A DNA stretch of 63,075 bases, filler included, from Pelomyxa schiedti (taxonomy: Eukaryota > Protista > Evosea), in NCBI GenBank assembly GCA_020536535.1. It is 7 parts of 7 records of this genome, joined end to end, with 100 filler letters (N's around TTAATTAATTAA, not from the genome) between each part and the next. Parts side by side here need not be neighbours in the genome. Positions count along the whole stretch, not along the records: positions 23,844 to 48,857 come from JAHLWZ010000538.1; positions 48,958 to 51,943 come from JAHLWZ010000398.1; 5 more parts are not named here. The stretch is one strand, 5' to 3'. Position numbers and translations under genes: made by a program. Below are positions 36,779 to 49,078 of the stretch, in pieces. The notes beneath the pieces were generated by a model, which was not told the DNA's origin, made no database searches, and saw nothing but the letters and a program-made list of their open reading frames with translations. Position 1 is the stretch's first letter; every line of letters starts with the position of its first letter.

Positions 36779-39121
36779 TTACGAACCACTTTTGAAGGAG
36801 GAGAGTTTTGAGCGAAGCCACAAGGAACCAGACATGTTGCCAGTTGCAACACACTGTTGTTTCACATAAGGCTCCACGTCATCGAGGTCACTCAATTGAA
36901 GGAAATTCTCAAAAAGCCACTGTGCCATGTCCACAAAACCAGAGGTGCAACAAATCACCAACGGGAGGTTGCTGTTGTACCTCACCTCATCTGCTGTGAT
37001 GTGGAACACATTCGCCAGTGACTTGGCCCGCTCCAGGTCACTGTGTCTGCAGCAGTGCATCAGTGTCTTTTTCACAAGTGTGTTTCCTTCTGGAGTTGTG
37101 GGATGTAACGATTGGGACAGGGAAGAGCTGGGTGGTGCTTTGTTTGGAATGTAGTCGTGCAGAATCCAGTCAATGATTTCTAACTTTCCAGAAGAGAATG
37201 CAGTGATTGCACACAGTTGTATGGTTGCTTCATCAAAGGTGAAGTCATCACACAGCCACTGAAGGAAGGACAGGTTTCCAGCCAAGCAACTGGATGTGAT
37301 CAACCTGTTGAGTTCATTCTGTAACAGTGAGGATTCCGAATCGACTGAGTGGCTGCATTGCAAGGCCATCCATTTGGTGAACTCCAAATCCCACGTTGAT
37401 GCCACTGCTGCAAATGCACTGCACTTTTCACTTGGAAGCAGTTCCTGGAATGATGGAAAGGTGGAAATCCAGTGAACAATTTCGACGTGGTGCTTGGAGC
37501 ATAGTAACAGTATTTCCTCCTTCGTCACATCAAATGGCTCTGGGATGTTGAACGTCTTGATGATCCACTGACAGGCCGCCAGGTTTCCACTCGCAAGACC
37601 CTCGTGAACGAATTCCAAGTGGTGTTTCTGCTGCCTGTCATGTTGTGAGAACTGGGAGTTGAACCACTCGGCAAACTCGATGTTTCCCTGACGGCAAATC
37701 AGACCAAAACACTTTGTTGATGCCGCAGGCTGCAGGAACCTCCCATTCTTGAGCCTCTTCAGAACGTGTTGTGCCATCTCAAAAGAGTTTCTTTCTGCGA
37801 GGGTCTGAAAAATCTCTGAAATGTCCATGTCTGCATCACATATCGCAGGCATTTTTTGCAGAATCCACTCGAAGGAATCAACGTCGGCAGTTTTGCAACA
37901 GCACACCAAATATCGTGGAATATACTCAGCTTTTGAAGAAGGGAAGGTTTCAATCAGCCATTTGACCATCTCCATGCGACCAGAACTGAGAGCCCAACTC
38001 TTGATGGAAGAAACATCAAAGCTTGTGAGTGTGAACCCAAGTCCGCGAAGCCACTTTGCAGTCTGATTGTGACCCTGGAAACATACGTTTGAGAGTAATT
38101 CATGGGCAGGGATCTTTGGCTCGCTCCCTGGGAGAGATTCCATAGAAAAACTGACAGCATCTCTGAGCCATGATGCAACTTCTGTGTGACCATTTATACA
38201 TGCTTCAATGAACATATCAGCACAATGCTTGTTTACAGAAAAATGAGAAGGGAACTTCTCATAAAGAAGCTGAGTGATATCAAGGTGCCCATGGCAGCAA
38301 CTTGCTTCGCAATAGTGCTGAAGAGGATAGTGAGTAACTGTTGACGAATGTCAGTAGGGGAAGGAGGAGAAATACATACTGTCAATTGGCCCTTTTTCAA
38401 CAAGAACATATTTCACAAAGGGAGTATTGCCTGAAGAAATGGCCGTTCGCAGGTGCTCAATTAAATTAGTTCCAGAAGGCTCAAATTTCTTTTTTAAAAA
38501 CACAGAGTGAGGCTCGAGGAGAGTATTGCTAGTAGTGCTATTTCTTCAGGCAAGTTTACACACCATCTCCACAGCTTTTGCAAATGGGAGTGCATAAGGG
38601 AGCGACGCAGTAACACCAAGGACAAGGTACACATCCACTTGTCTCAGAACAATTCCACGAATGCGGTACAGCAATGGAAAAAATGTTAGTGCAATGGTTA
38701 TCAAGTCCCTCACAACTCGGCGATGTTCCTTCCTTTACAAAAAAAATAAAACATTTCAAAATGTTAATTAATTAAATTATTAAAATTAATGAATAATTAA
38801 AATATTTTATAATAATTTTAATAATTAATAATGAATATTTATTTCAACAATTCACTGCACCCACAATCCCAAACCCAAAGTATTAATATTAAAACAAATG
38901 AGGGAAGGAACGAACTCCAAACTGGACAAATCCGAGTTGGTCGTGCTGCTGCCCACAAGTACGAACTCCCTTGGTATCACCGATTGCATTATCAGGTGCG
39001 ACCACGACACAACGTAATCAGCACCCACACGATCCCTCACTTCAACATCAGCCTTACAATTGTTCTTTTCATAACTACTGCTCCTCGTTGTTGTTGGTTC
39101 CCTAGACCCGACGCTCCCCAT
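36779..39121 (-). CDS. Degenerate ankyrin-repeat-like protein, tandem paralogue 2
   Basis: Exon 1 MGSVGSREPT...; protein highly similar to 34382-36675 with the same exon layout. Confidence 0.8.
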
Positions 39122-39555
39122 CAACTTATTGGCTCAACGAACGGATTTTTACAGGAACCTGCTTTTTGGTTCAAAACACCTATATCTAGGTGTCCAGCTG
39201 TAATGACAACGTTCGTAAGTAACTTGCCAAGCAAAAATAGTAAGTGGAGCAGTTCCACTGTGATTTCGAATCACACCCAGAGTGGGTTCCAAGCTGTTCC
39301 CAAAGGGTGGTCTCAAAGTGTGAAAAAACACTACCCAAGTGGAGAAGGTGGAGGTAAAATCACAATGGGCTCGATGTGGGAGCTCCCAATGTGGACACAC
39401 AGTGGTCCCCAGGTGGTCCCTGTTCCAGCCCCTCTGCCCCATGTACTTTATGAAAGCAAATAATTTTTTTTCTTTTGCCTGAAGTGGAAAACCAACTTCA
39501 GGCCAGGAATGGAAGCGTGGAGTGCAGGAGCCCAGGGGTGGGGTGGGGTGTAGGA

Positions 39556-39670
39556 GTGAGAGAGCAAGAGCGTGAGAGAGCGAGAGCGAGAGCGAGAGCG
39601 TGAGAGAGCGAGAGCGTGAGAGCGAGTGAGAGCGAGAGCGTGAGAGCGAGTGAGAGCGAGAGCGAGAGCA
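39556..39670 (+). repeat. Imperfect (GAGAGC/GTGAGA)n simple repeat
   Basis: Tandem purine-rich hexamers. Confidence 0.85.
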
Positions 39671-39856
39671 AGGGCTGTTAGTGCCGAGGTGAAGTGGGTG
39701 GAGGCGGAAGTAAAGCCTGACATTGCACTCTGTGCATCAGCCCTTCTGGCATCCAGGGTCCTGTTGTCGTTGAGTGGGGTGATGTTAAAAAGGGAATGTA
39801 CCTTGGTCATAGATTGAGGCAGGTCGGCCTACACCAAAATAATATCTTGAAAAAGT

Positions 39857-39887
<31 letters not shown>

Positions 39888-41615
39888 GCCACCAACCAGA
39901 AGGAGGTCACAAAGACCCAGAAATGCAGAAAAGGGCAGGGACAGTCTTCGCATTTACCTGTCATGGTTTAGTGGGGGTGATCATACAAAGAGAGAGGGGG
40001 ATTTACCTTCTTGGTGATGACAGGCTTTCATCTCATCAGCTGGCATTTGCTACACCTGGTCTCAAGTGTGAGAAATCGAAAAAGAAAAACAGAGAAATAC
40101 CTGCAGTTCAAGTTTGCCTTGCTTGGATGCCACAGAAATCGAAAAAGAAAAAAAGGAGGAGTCACACAAATGCGGGAAAAGAAAAAATCTGGGATTGGAG
40201 GTGAGGCAATACTGGGGGGAGGGGGGAACAATGAAAAGGCGAAAACCTGATGAGGAAAAGCGGAGCAGAGCTGCACACGCAATTCCCCTGAGTGGCGTCA
40301 GTCGGGGATACCTATTATGTTTAAGTTTGGGGTGATGAAAAGGAGAGGGGGATTTACCATGGTGACCAGGCTGTCATGGCAAGTCCAGTCCACCACCAAC
40401 TGTACAAGGTGAAACGAGAAAAAGAAGAAATAAGAAACCATACCAGTGGCTGGCTGAGCTGCTGAAAGTCACAGAGGGCCCCAATGCCAACACTCCCATG
40501 TGCATACAGCGTGAATGCAGAAAAGGACCTAGAGGGGAGTTATATATTTGGGGGGGGACTCAAGAAGAGGAATACCGGTGGAATGGAGCCAACCCGCACA
40601 CACACACATTCTGCTGACATCGGCAACACCACCTGGTTTTCAAATGTGAGAAGTCGAAAAAGAAAAATGGAGAAGAGAAATGGAAACATACCGCTGTGCC
40701 CCTTCTCCTCGTCATGGAATCTTCAATGACCTGTGTTGTTGTGAGAACAAGAACAAAAACAGAAAGAAGACTAAGCTAAACGAAAACGAAATAAAACAAA
40801 CACGAAAAACAAAGCAAAACAAAAAGAACTTGATTGAAGCGTTGCCTCAACAGTTTGGGAAAAAAAAACAAAAGCAAAACCGAGAAACAACAACAAAAGA
40901 CCGGTGGACAAAACACAATAAAATTATAAACAAACAAAGAAAACATCGGGAAAAAAAAACCGATACCGAACAACAGAACGTTCTGGCATGGCACCAAAAT
41001 GCGACGGTCTGTCGCACCAGTCACCCACCCGCGTGACACGCACCACACCAGCAACCAAACGGCATTAAGTTTTATTTGTTCTTCTTCTTTGCAACTGGAA
41101 ACGGAAGATACAGAAACAACATGTTCCCCGAAAATCCACACTCTCAGCACCAAGTCAGATCGTCTTGCTGCAGTCGGCACCAACTGAGAGGAGACAAGTG
41201 TATAAACAATCAACTCAGTTAATTAATCCTGGGCGCGTTGGTCCCTTCCCGGTCGGAGCGAATCGACTTCTGAGTCTGACTTAGTGGGATGGAGAGATCC
41301 CCACTTTGGGTTTCGACTACCAATTTGGGTACAAATTCAGCTCCCCAATGTTCACACAAATTGTCTTAAATCTCCCCGATCCCATCCAAATTGGGGAACT
41401 TGCACACACTTTGGAATCAGGGTGAAGAAGCAAGCCAATTGCTCTCGCTCTCTCGCTTGCTCCTGCTGCGCACCCACCCACCACTCCACTGGCTCCCGCC
41501 TCTACATGATTACCGGAAAGGCAGTGACGACCTGTTCAGGTGCTGGACCTGTTTTGAGTTGAGAGGATTCCGTTTTGAAGAAGAACAGTTTTTATGGGTT
41601 GGCTTCACATTCACT

Positions 41616-44320
41616 TCACAACAAATTAATTTTGTCCTTGATGATTGCACGGCATTCAGGGCACTTCTTCATGACTGTGGCACACTGTGTGTTGTTGTTT
41701 TGTTGTTTTGAGTAAATGGACAAACAGACTGCAAAAAAAAAAAAGAAAGAAAGAGTACAGACACACACAGACAAACCTGGGAGCACAGGACCATGTGACC
41801 ACAAGGCTGCAACTGCACGTTTGGTGGCCTCTCATCACACTCCATGCAAACGTTGCTGATGCTGTTGTGCCTGTTGTTGTTCACCATCACCACCGAGGAA
41901 ACATAGGCTTGTGTCCCAGCGACGAGCGTCGTGGTGGCTGTGCATCCTGGAAGATTGCCATCAGTAGCAGCAGCAGAGCGCCCCGTTGGTGTTGATGATT
42001 CTGGACTGTGATTACGTTGCTGAATGGAATATTGATGAGAGGGTGTTGCCGATGATGTTGCTTTGGAAACCATGAGATCAAACATGGCTTGTTGAGACTG
42101 AGGGAGCAACTCAGAGAGCTGAGACCACACACAAGGCACTCCAATGAACCTCTCATCACCCTCCAGCCCTCGCTGAAGCTCCAACTTGCCTTTGTGTTTC
42201 CTCTGAAGCTCTGAACATTCTCTCTGTGTTTCCTTGATCGCCTTGTGGAGTTCGCCTCCAATTGAAACCTGCTCAGACAGCTCCTTTGACAGCACCGTGT
42301 GTTTGTCAGCAAGCTTTGTGCACTCCTCAAAATGGCACCTCTGGAGCTGCGCCAGTGTGTCAGTGAGAGCACACAGCAACTGGAATGGTGGTGTGAAAGA
42401 TGGATCACTTTGATGAAGCTGTGGTTCATTCACCGGCAGAGGTTTCATCAGAATGCCATCCACTGTGTTGTCATGATCACCCTCTGTGTTGTTTGTCAAA
42501 TAAAAGTACTGTGTGCATTTTTGTTTTTACCTGCTTCTTCATTTGGAACCATCTCCATTTCTGATGTTGTTGATGTCAATGTGGAGGAGGACTTGATTCC
42601 CCATACTTTTTTTGTGAGTGTTGAGATGTTCCTGGCACACTCCTGGATCTCAGACTCACTGTTCCGCACTGTCAGTGTCTGCCCAAGGACCTTCCTGCAT
42701 GCGACATCTGATTCGTTGAGTTTCTTTTCCAATGTTGCCTTCAGATCAGTGAGTTCCTTCAGCCTTGATGCCAGTGCCTCGTTGCTTTCAGTGGCTCCTT
42801 GGAGTCTCTGCTTCAGTTTTGCCAGCGATTCCTCAAGCAAGACAAAGTTAGGCGACGATTCCTGCAACTGGGATTGGAAGAGTGTGGTCAACGTGGCAGC
42901 TTCCTTCAGTTCAGGGTGTGCTTTCCCCATAATAATTGCTGATGTTTCCTTTGTTTCTTGTTTCTTTTGGAGTTGCTCTTGCAATTGTTGGAGCTTTTTG
43001 TTCACCTCGTTGAGTTGATCAGCATGCTGTTGGTTGTTTCTTTCTGTGACTTTCTGTGTTGAAAAGAATAAGACACATGAAAATTTTTGCATGTGGCGCA
43101 CACCTGCTGCTCCTTTTCAGCAGCTTGCATTTCTTCTTCCATTTTTGCTTTGAGCTCACTTTTTTCTTTGATGTGTTCTTGCTTCAGTTTCTGTTTTGTT
43201 TTGATTTGTTTTGTTTTGTTTGTGAACCAAAACAAAGGAGCAGCCACATCCAACCACCCCACAAAAGAAAAGTACCACACACCTCAATCTGTTGATTGTG
43301 TTCAAACAGTGGAGGTGATGATCCCATTCGATGTTGCACCTCTGAATTCCAACTTTGGAACAGGTTGTCGTTGAGGGTGCCCTTCAGGACATACGACAGT
43401 GACACTGTTGCAACACCCTCACCACGGCACTCCCATCCACTCCCATTACCATCCCCATCTTGTGTGAACGTGCCTTCAAACTTGTCACCGTTTGACCACC
43501 TCCTTGTCCCCTTGGTGGGCACTCCACTCACCCACAACCCAGTGAATGATGATCCATCCCTGCTCCATGTCTTTGTTCCTTCACCATTCTCCTTGCCACC
43601 AACCCACTGGCCATCATACCTGTCACCATTTGCCCACAGCCTCACACCCTGACCATGGAATGCATCATCCTTCCACTCACCAACATAACTCCCACCCTTG
43701 CTGTTGTTGCCTCCATCGCCACCACCGCCAAACAGGATACTCCCTGTTCCACATTTCATTCCGTGATCAAATTGACCATTGTAGATGTCACCCAAGCCAT
43801 CAGGTGACTTCCACGTTCCCACACCGTGCCACTTGCCCCTGTCCCACTCACCCTCATACACCGTGACCATTGCTTCTGTGGCCCCCCCCTTGACTGCCCT
43901 CCTTTGCACACCCCACCCCTGCGTCTCAGGACAGTTTGCGGTTGCGTTCCACACCCACTCGCCATCCCACACATCCACACCGTTGCTGTCGTGCCACGTT
44001 CCCCTTTTCCAGTGGTCATCCCTCCACAGCCCCTCGTACCAGCTGCCATCGGCACAGTGTTCCACACCCCACCCATCCGGCTTGTTGTTGAGGCACTCTC
44101 CCTCGTGGGTGTCCCCATTGTGCCACTTGTACACCCCTCGGCCCGTCATGGCTCCGTTGAGCCACACACCGTAGTGCGTGTCGCCGTCTGGCACTTTTGC
44201 GGTGCCCCTGCCGTCGGGTTTGCCATCGACCACCCGACCAGTGTACGTTGCACCAGGCATTACCAAAATGTTGTCAACAACCATTGTCACCACACTGACG
44301 GCTTGTTTGTTTGCATCCAT
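41616..44320 (-). CDS. MORN-repeat / coiled-coil / C-terminal RING (C3HC4, IAP-like) putative E3 ligase, copy 1
   Basis: MORN repeats (YTGRVVDGKPDGRG, YEGEWDRGKWHGVG, YVGEWKDDAFHGQG), heptad-rich E/K/Q exons, RING CMECDERPPNVQLQPCGHMVLCSQ|CATVMKKCPECR. Confidence 0.88.
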
Positions 44321-44521
44321 GGTTGATGGGAAAAAATGGTTGGTCTGAAGACACGATTCCAGTTTGGGGTGGTTTCCCTGAAGCTTTTTCTCGTCATGCA
44401 GTACAAGGAAGAAAAAGGGAATCGCAGCCGACTACCATTGTCACAACTGGTAATGCCTTGGTAATGCCAGGGGGTGGTTGTTGTTTGTTATTTAAATAAG
44501 AAAGAGTGTTTTTTTAAGCAA

Positions 44522-44632
44522 CTACAAATGAATTTTGTCCTTGATGAGGGTGTGACAATGAGGGCACTTCTTCATCACTGCTGCACCCTGTTTGTTGTAA
44601 ATCAGTGATGAAAAAATGATGAAAGGGAAAAA
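44522..44632 (-). pseudogene. Remnant last exon and partial intron of a third MORN-RING paralogue
   Basis: Encodes ...AAVMKKCPHCHTLIKDKIHL*. It matches 46108-46224, then similarity stops abruptly at about 44633. Confidence 0.75.
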
Positions 44633-45111
44633 GCTCGTGTACTTGCTAAAGTACACACAACTCCAGCCTCACCACACCATCTGTGGACTGACGCCAACAT
44701 ATCTACATGCATTTTTACACTCTATTACCACCACCAACGCTGAATGTCCGGCGCCACCTGAAACGTTCCACATACCATACCGCGGCAACCTCATGATTTA
44801 TCGACCACTACTGACCATTACCATCACCCAACATCCGTCAAAAACACATTCTGCGGTGTTAGCTTCTGTGGGCTCGAGAATAAGTCCCACAGAGGAAGAA
44901 AACGAGTGAGAGTGAAGAGAATAAAGAGTGTTCTCTTGTTTGTTCTCGTCGTTGTTGTGTAAAGGGGATAAAAAGGTGTGTAAAATCTCGCAGAGCGGTT
45001 GTGTGATTGGGTTAAAAGGCTGCAATGTTCAAATGGATTCTCAGACAAGTGTGCATGTAATCAAAACCGCCTGCCATGTTGTTGTTGCTGTATTTGTGTA
45101 CCCAGCTGCAC

Positions 45112-45535
45112 TGTGCGCTGATCATTACCTTCGCTGTCTCATTCTGGTAATAGTCCAGATTCGGCTCAGTCCTCAGTCTCTCCAATCCCACTAAAGTGCA
45201 GACTTCAGAGCCTCGTGAGCAAGGCCAAGTTCGTGTACTTTGTGGAAGTACACACATTCCCCCTCCTGTTGAGCGTGATGAGAATCACCCAGCGTTAGTG
45301 TAAGAGTTCATTGATAAAAGAGTAAAATTCACAGAGATGGTGTTGACGTGTTGCCGTTGGTCTGCAATTAGTGTGGCGTAGGCCACTGTGTACTTCCACA
45401 AAGTACATGAACTTGGCCTTGCTCGCGAGGCTCTGAAGTCTGGCGCACTTTAGCGGGATGATTGGAGAGACTGAGGACTGAGCCGAATCTGGACTATTAC
45501 CAGAATGAGACAGCGAAGGTAATGATCAGCGCACA
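45112..45535. repeat. Imperfect inverted repeat (arms about 45112-45254 and 45387-45535+, running into a gap) with GTGTACTT-N5-AAGTACA hairpins at the inner ends
   Basis: Arms are reverse complements with a few substitutions and two 3-nt indels. Confidence 0.85.
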
Positions 45536-45635
45536 NNNNNNNNNNNNNNNNNNNNNNNNNNNNNNNNNNNNNNNNNNNNNNNNNNNNNNNNNNNNNNNNN
45601 NNNNNNNNNNNNNNNNNNNNNNNNNNNNNNNNNNN

Positions 45636-46027
45636 TACATTCTTTTTATCTCCAGTCCCTCACTTTTTGGCAGAGAAACTGACAGCAGCCAAATGCTAAG
45701 AATCAGAAAATACTACCGAAAATACTCTGGTCTCAATGGTAGTCTCACCTTTGTTTTTGCGCCACCTGATCAAGGGGAGTCCGAGACGATGATGAGGCTG
45801 GAGTACTGATCACTCTCAAGTCACTTTTGACATACCGTAACTGTACCCACCCCCGCAATGACACACTGGTGCTCTGTGACCTTGAGGATGATGAAAAGCT
45901 GCACCCAGACCTCAAAAAGTACAAAAAGCTCACAAAGAAGGCCAAGAAGAGCAAAAAAAGCCCAGGAAAGGACAAGAAGTCAACAAAGAGAAGAAAATCT
46001 AGGTCAGAGTCCAGCTCCGACAGCTAA
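45636..46027 (+). other. 3' end of a gene or pseudogene with a Lys/Ser-rich tail (partial)
   Basis: ...LVLCDLEDDEKLHPDLKKYKKLTKKAKKSKKSPGKDKKSTKRRKSRSESSSDS*. Upstream in-frame stops occur, then a gap. Confidence 0.35.
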
Positions 46028-46107
46028 TAAACATCACAGGCAAACACCACTAGTGAAAAATACAGTTTGTACTAAGAAAAGACCAATCCAAAGTTTTTTT
46101 TTTGTAT

Positions 46108-48709
46108 CTACAAATGAATTTTGTCCTTGATGAAGGTGCGACAATGAGGGCACTTCTTCATGACTGCTGCACACTGTTGTGTTGTTTTTTGTGTCTTGAT
46201 GAAAAAAATGATGAAAGGGAAAAATAAAACACATACCTGGGAGCACAGGACAACGTGGCCACAGGGCTGCAACTGCACGTTGGGTAGCCTCTCTTCACAT
46301 TCCACACAAATGTTGCTCTCATTGTTGTTGCAATTTGGCACTGATGAGAGCAAGACTGGTGACACTGATGATGTTGTGGCAGTGCATCCTGGAAGAGTGG
46401 TTCCTCCTGCTGCTGTTGATGCTGTTGTCATTGATGGCAACCTTGGTTGTTGTTGTTGCTGGCTACCACCAAAACAGGCAGATGATGATAACCTTGCCTT
46501 GGAAAGGCTCAACTCCACGATGGCTTGTTGAGCCTGAGGGAGCAACTCAGAGAGCTGAGACCACACACCAGGCACTCCAATGAACCTCTCATCACCCTCC
46601 AGCCCTCGCTGAAGCTCCAACTTGCCTTTGTGTTTCCTCTGGAGCTCTGAACATTCTCTCTGTGTTTCCTTGATCGCCTTGTGGAGTTCGCCTCCAATTG
46701 AAACCTGCTCAGACAGCTCCTTTGACAGCACCGTGTGTTTGTTGGCGAGCTTTGTGCACTCCTCAAAATGGCACCTCTGGAGCTGCGCCAGTGTGTCAGT
46801 GAGAGCACGCAGCAACTGGAATGGTGGTGTGAAAGATGGATCACTTTGATGGCGCTGTGGTTCATTCACCGGCAGAGGTTTCATCAGAATGCCATCCACA
46901 GTGTTATCATCACCCTCTTATTGTTTGTCAAATAAAAGTACTGTGTGCATTTTTGTTTTTACCTTCTTCTTCTTTTGGAACCATCTCCATTTCTGATGAT
47001 GTTGATGTCAATGTGGAGGACTTGATTCCCCATACTTTTTTTGTGAGTGTTGAGATGTTCCTGGCACACTCTTGGATCTCAGACTCGCTGTTATGCGCCG
47101 TCAGTGTCTGCCCAAGGAGCTTCTTGCATGCAGAATCTGATTCGTTGAGTTTCATCACCAGTGTTCCTTTCAGTTCAGTGAGTTTCTTCAGGTGTGATGC
47201 CAGTTCCTCATTGGATTCTGTTGCTCTCTGGAGATTGTCATTCACTTTTGTCAGTGATTCCTTGAGCAGGACGAACTGTGGTGCCAAAATCAGCAACTGA
47301 GACTGGAGCAACTGTGCTGATTCAAAGGCTTCACTCAATTCAGGATGGGAGGTTGCCACAAGACTCGTTGACTTCCTTTCATCATCTTCTTCTTGCTTTT
47401 TTTGAAGTTGGTCTTGCAGTTGTTGGAGCTTTTTCTTCACTTGGTTGAGTTGCTCACTGTGCTGTTCATTATTTCTTTCTGTGATTTGCTTCAAAGAAAG
47501 AAACAGATGTGTGAGAATCAATAAATTGAGAGAAAAGAGAGAGAGCAAGCAAGACACAAGCAAGAGATTACACTCACTTTTTTGGCTGCTTTCATTTCTT
47601 CTTTCTGTTTTGCCTCAAGGTCACTTTTCTCCTTTGTGAACTCTTTTTTCAGTTTCTGTGTTTTTTGTGAGCCAAAAATAAAAAAAAGAAAATAACACAC
47701 ACTGACCTCAATCAGCTGACAGTGTTCAAACTGCGGAAGTGATGATCCCATTTGATGTTGCACTCCTGGGCACCTCGCACCTTGAAACAAGTTGTTGTTG
47801 TTGAGGGTGCCCTTCAGATTGGATGATGATGGCGATGGTGGTGACAGTGTTGCAACACCCTCACCACCGCGGCACCCATTTTGTGTGAATGTGCCTTCAA
47901 ACATGTCACCGTTTGGCCACCTCCTCATTCCCTTTGTTGGCACACCACCCTCCCACAACCCAGTGAACGATGATCCATCCCTGCTCCACGTTTTGGTTCC
48001 TTCACCATGCTCCTTCCCGGCCACCCACTGGCCGTCGTACCTGTCACCGTTTGCCCACAGCCTCACACCCCAACCATGGAACACGTCATCCTTCCACTCA
48101 CCAACATAACTCCCACCACCTCCTTCTGGGTTGCTGTTGCTGTTGTTGTTGCCTCCATAGTCACCACCACCACCAAACAGGATACTCCCTGTTCCACATT
48201 TCATTCCGTGATCGAATTGACCATGGTAGATGTCACCCGAGCCATCAGGTGACACCCACGTTCCCACACCGTGCCACTTGTGCCTGTCCCACTCACCCTC
48301 ATACACCATCGCCATTGCTCCTGTGGCCCCCCCCCCCTTTGGTTGTCATCCTCCTTTGCACACCCCACCCCTGCATGTCATGACAATTTGCGGTTGCGTT
48401 CCACACCCACTCGCCATCCCACACATCCACACCGTTGCTGTGGTGCAAGGTTCCCCTTTTCCAGTGGTCGTCCCTCCACAGCCCCTCGTACCAGCTGCCA
48501 TGGGCCCAGTGGTGCACACCCCACCCATCCCTCTTGCCATTGAGCCACACACCGTCGCACGTGTGGCCGTTTGGCAATTTTATGGTGCCCCTGCCGTCGG
48601 GTTTGCCATCGACCACCCGACCAGTGTATGTCGCGCCACCAGGCACCACTGACGTGTCGTCGACAACCATGGTCGCAGCATCCACTCGTTCGTTGGTTGC
48701 CGCTGCCAT
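46108..48709 (-). CDS. MORN-repeat / coiled-coil / RING protein, copy 2 (one frameshift in a G11 run at 48327-48337)
   Basis: Paralogue of 41616-44320; RING CVECEERLPNVQLQPCGHVVLCSQ|CAAVMKKCPHCR. Confidence 0.82.
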
Positions 48710-48957
48710 TACGGTGATGAAATGGATTGATGATGCACAAGAAACACCATCAACCACAACGAAACCAGATAGCGGAATCCTCATCTGCCTGCTTCTCTTT
48801 GTTCACCAACGATTCGACATCACTTGCTATCGCACGCAGTGACATGACCTACCAAGANNNNNNNNNNNNNNNNNNNNNNNNNNNNNNNNNNNNNNNNNNN
48901 NTTAATTAATTAANNNNNNNNNNNNNNNNNNNNNNNNNNNNNNNNNNNNNNNNNNNN

Positions 48958-49078
48958 CTCCTCACTGTGGGTGAAGGACGGTGTCGTAGTTGCGTGATGC
49001 GGGCAGATGATGTTTCTCAAGAGTAAACAGTTTCCTGTATTGCCCTCATAATGAGCAGGTTACAAATCAGGGTGGCTC
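48958..49078 (+). repeat. 121-bp exact terminal direct repeat (second copy 51823-51943)
   Basis: The scaffold starts and ends with the same 121 nt. Another exact 121-nt duplication flanks the internal gap (50541-50661 and 50762-50882). Confidence 0.93.

Noticed and set aside
41220-41600. Possible ncRNA in the intergenic stretch
   Set aside because: No recognisable tRNA, rRNA or snRNA motif or convincing stem structure was seen.
48958-49078. 121-bp terminal repeat as retrotransposon LTRs
   Set aside because: No TG...CA ends, primer-binding site or polypurine tract. The length equals the other exact 121-nt overlap at the internal gap, pointing to assembler k-mer overlap.
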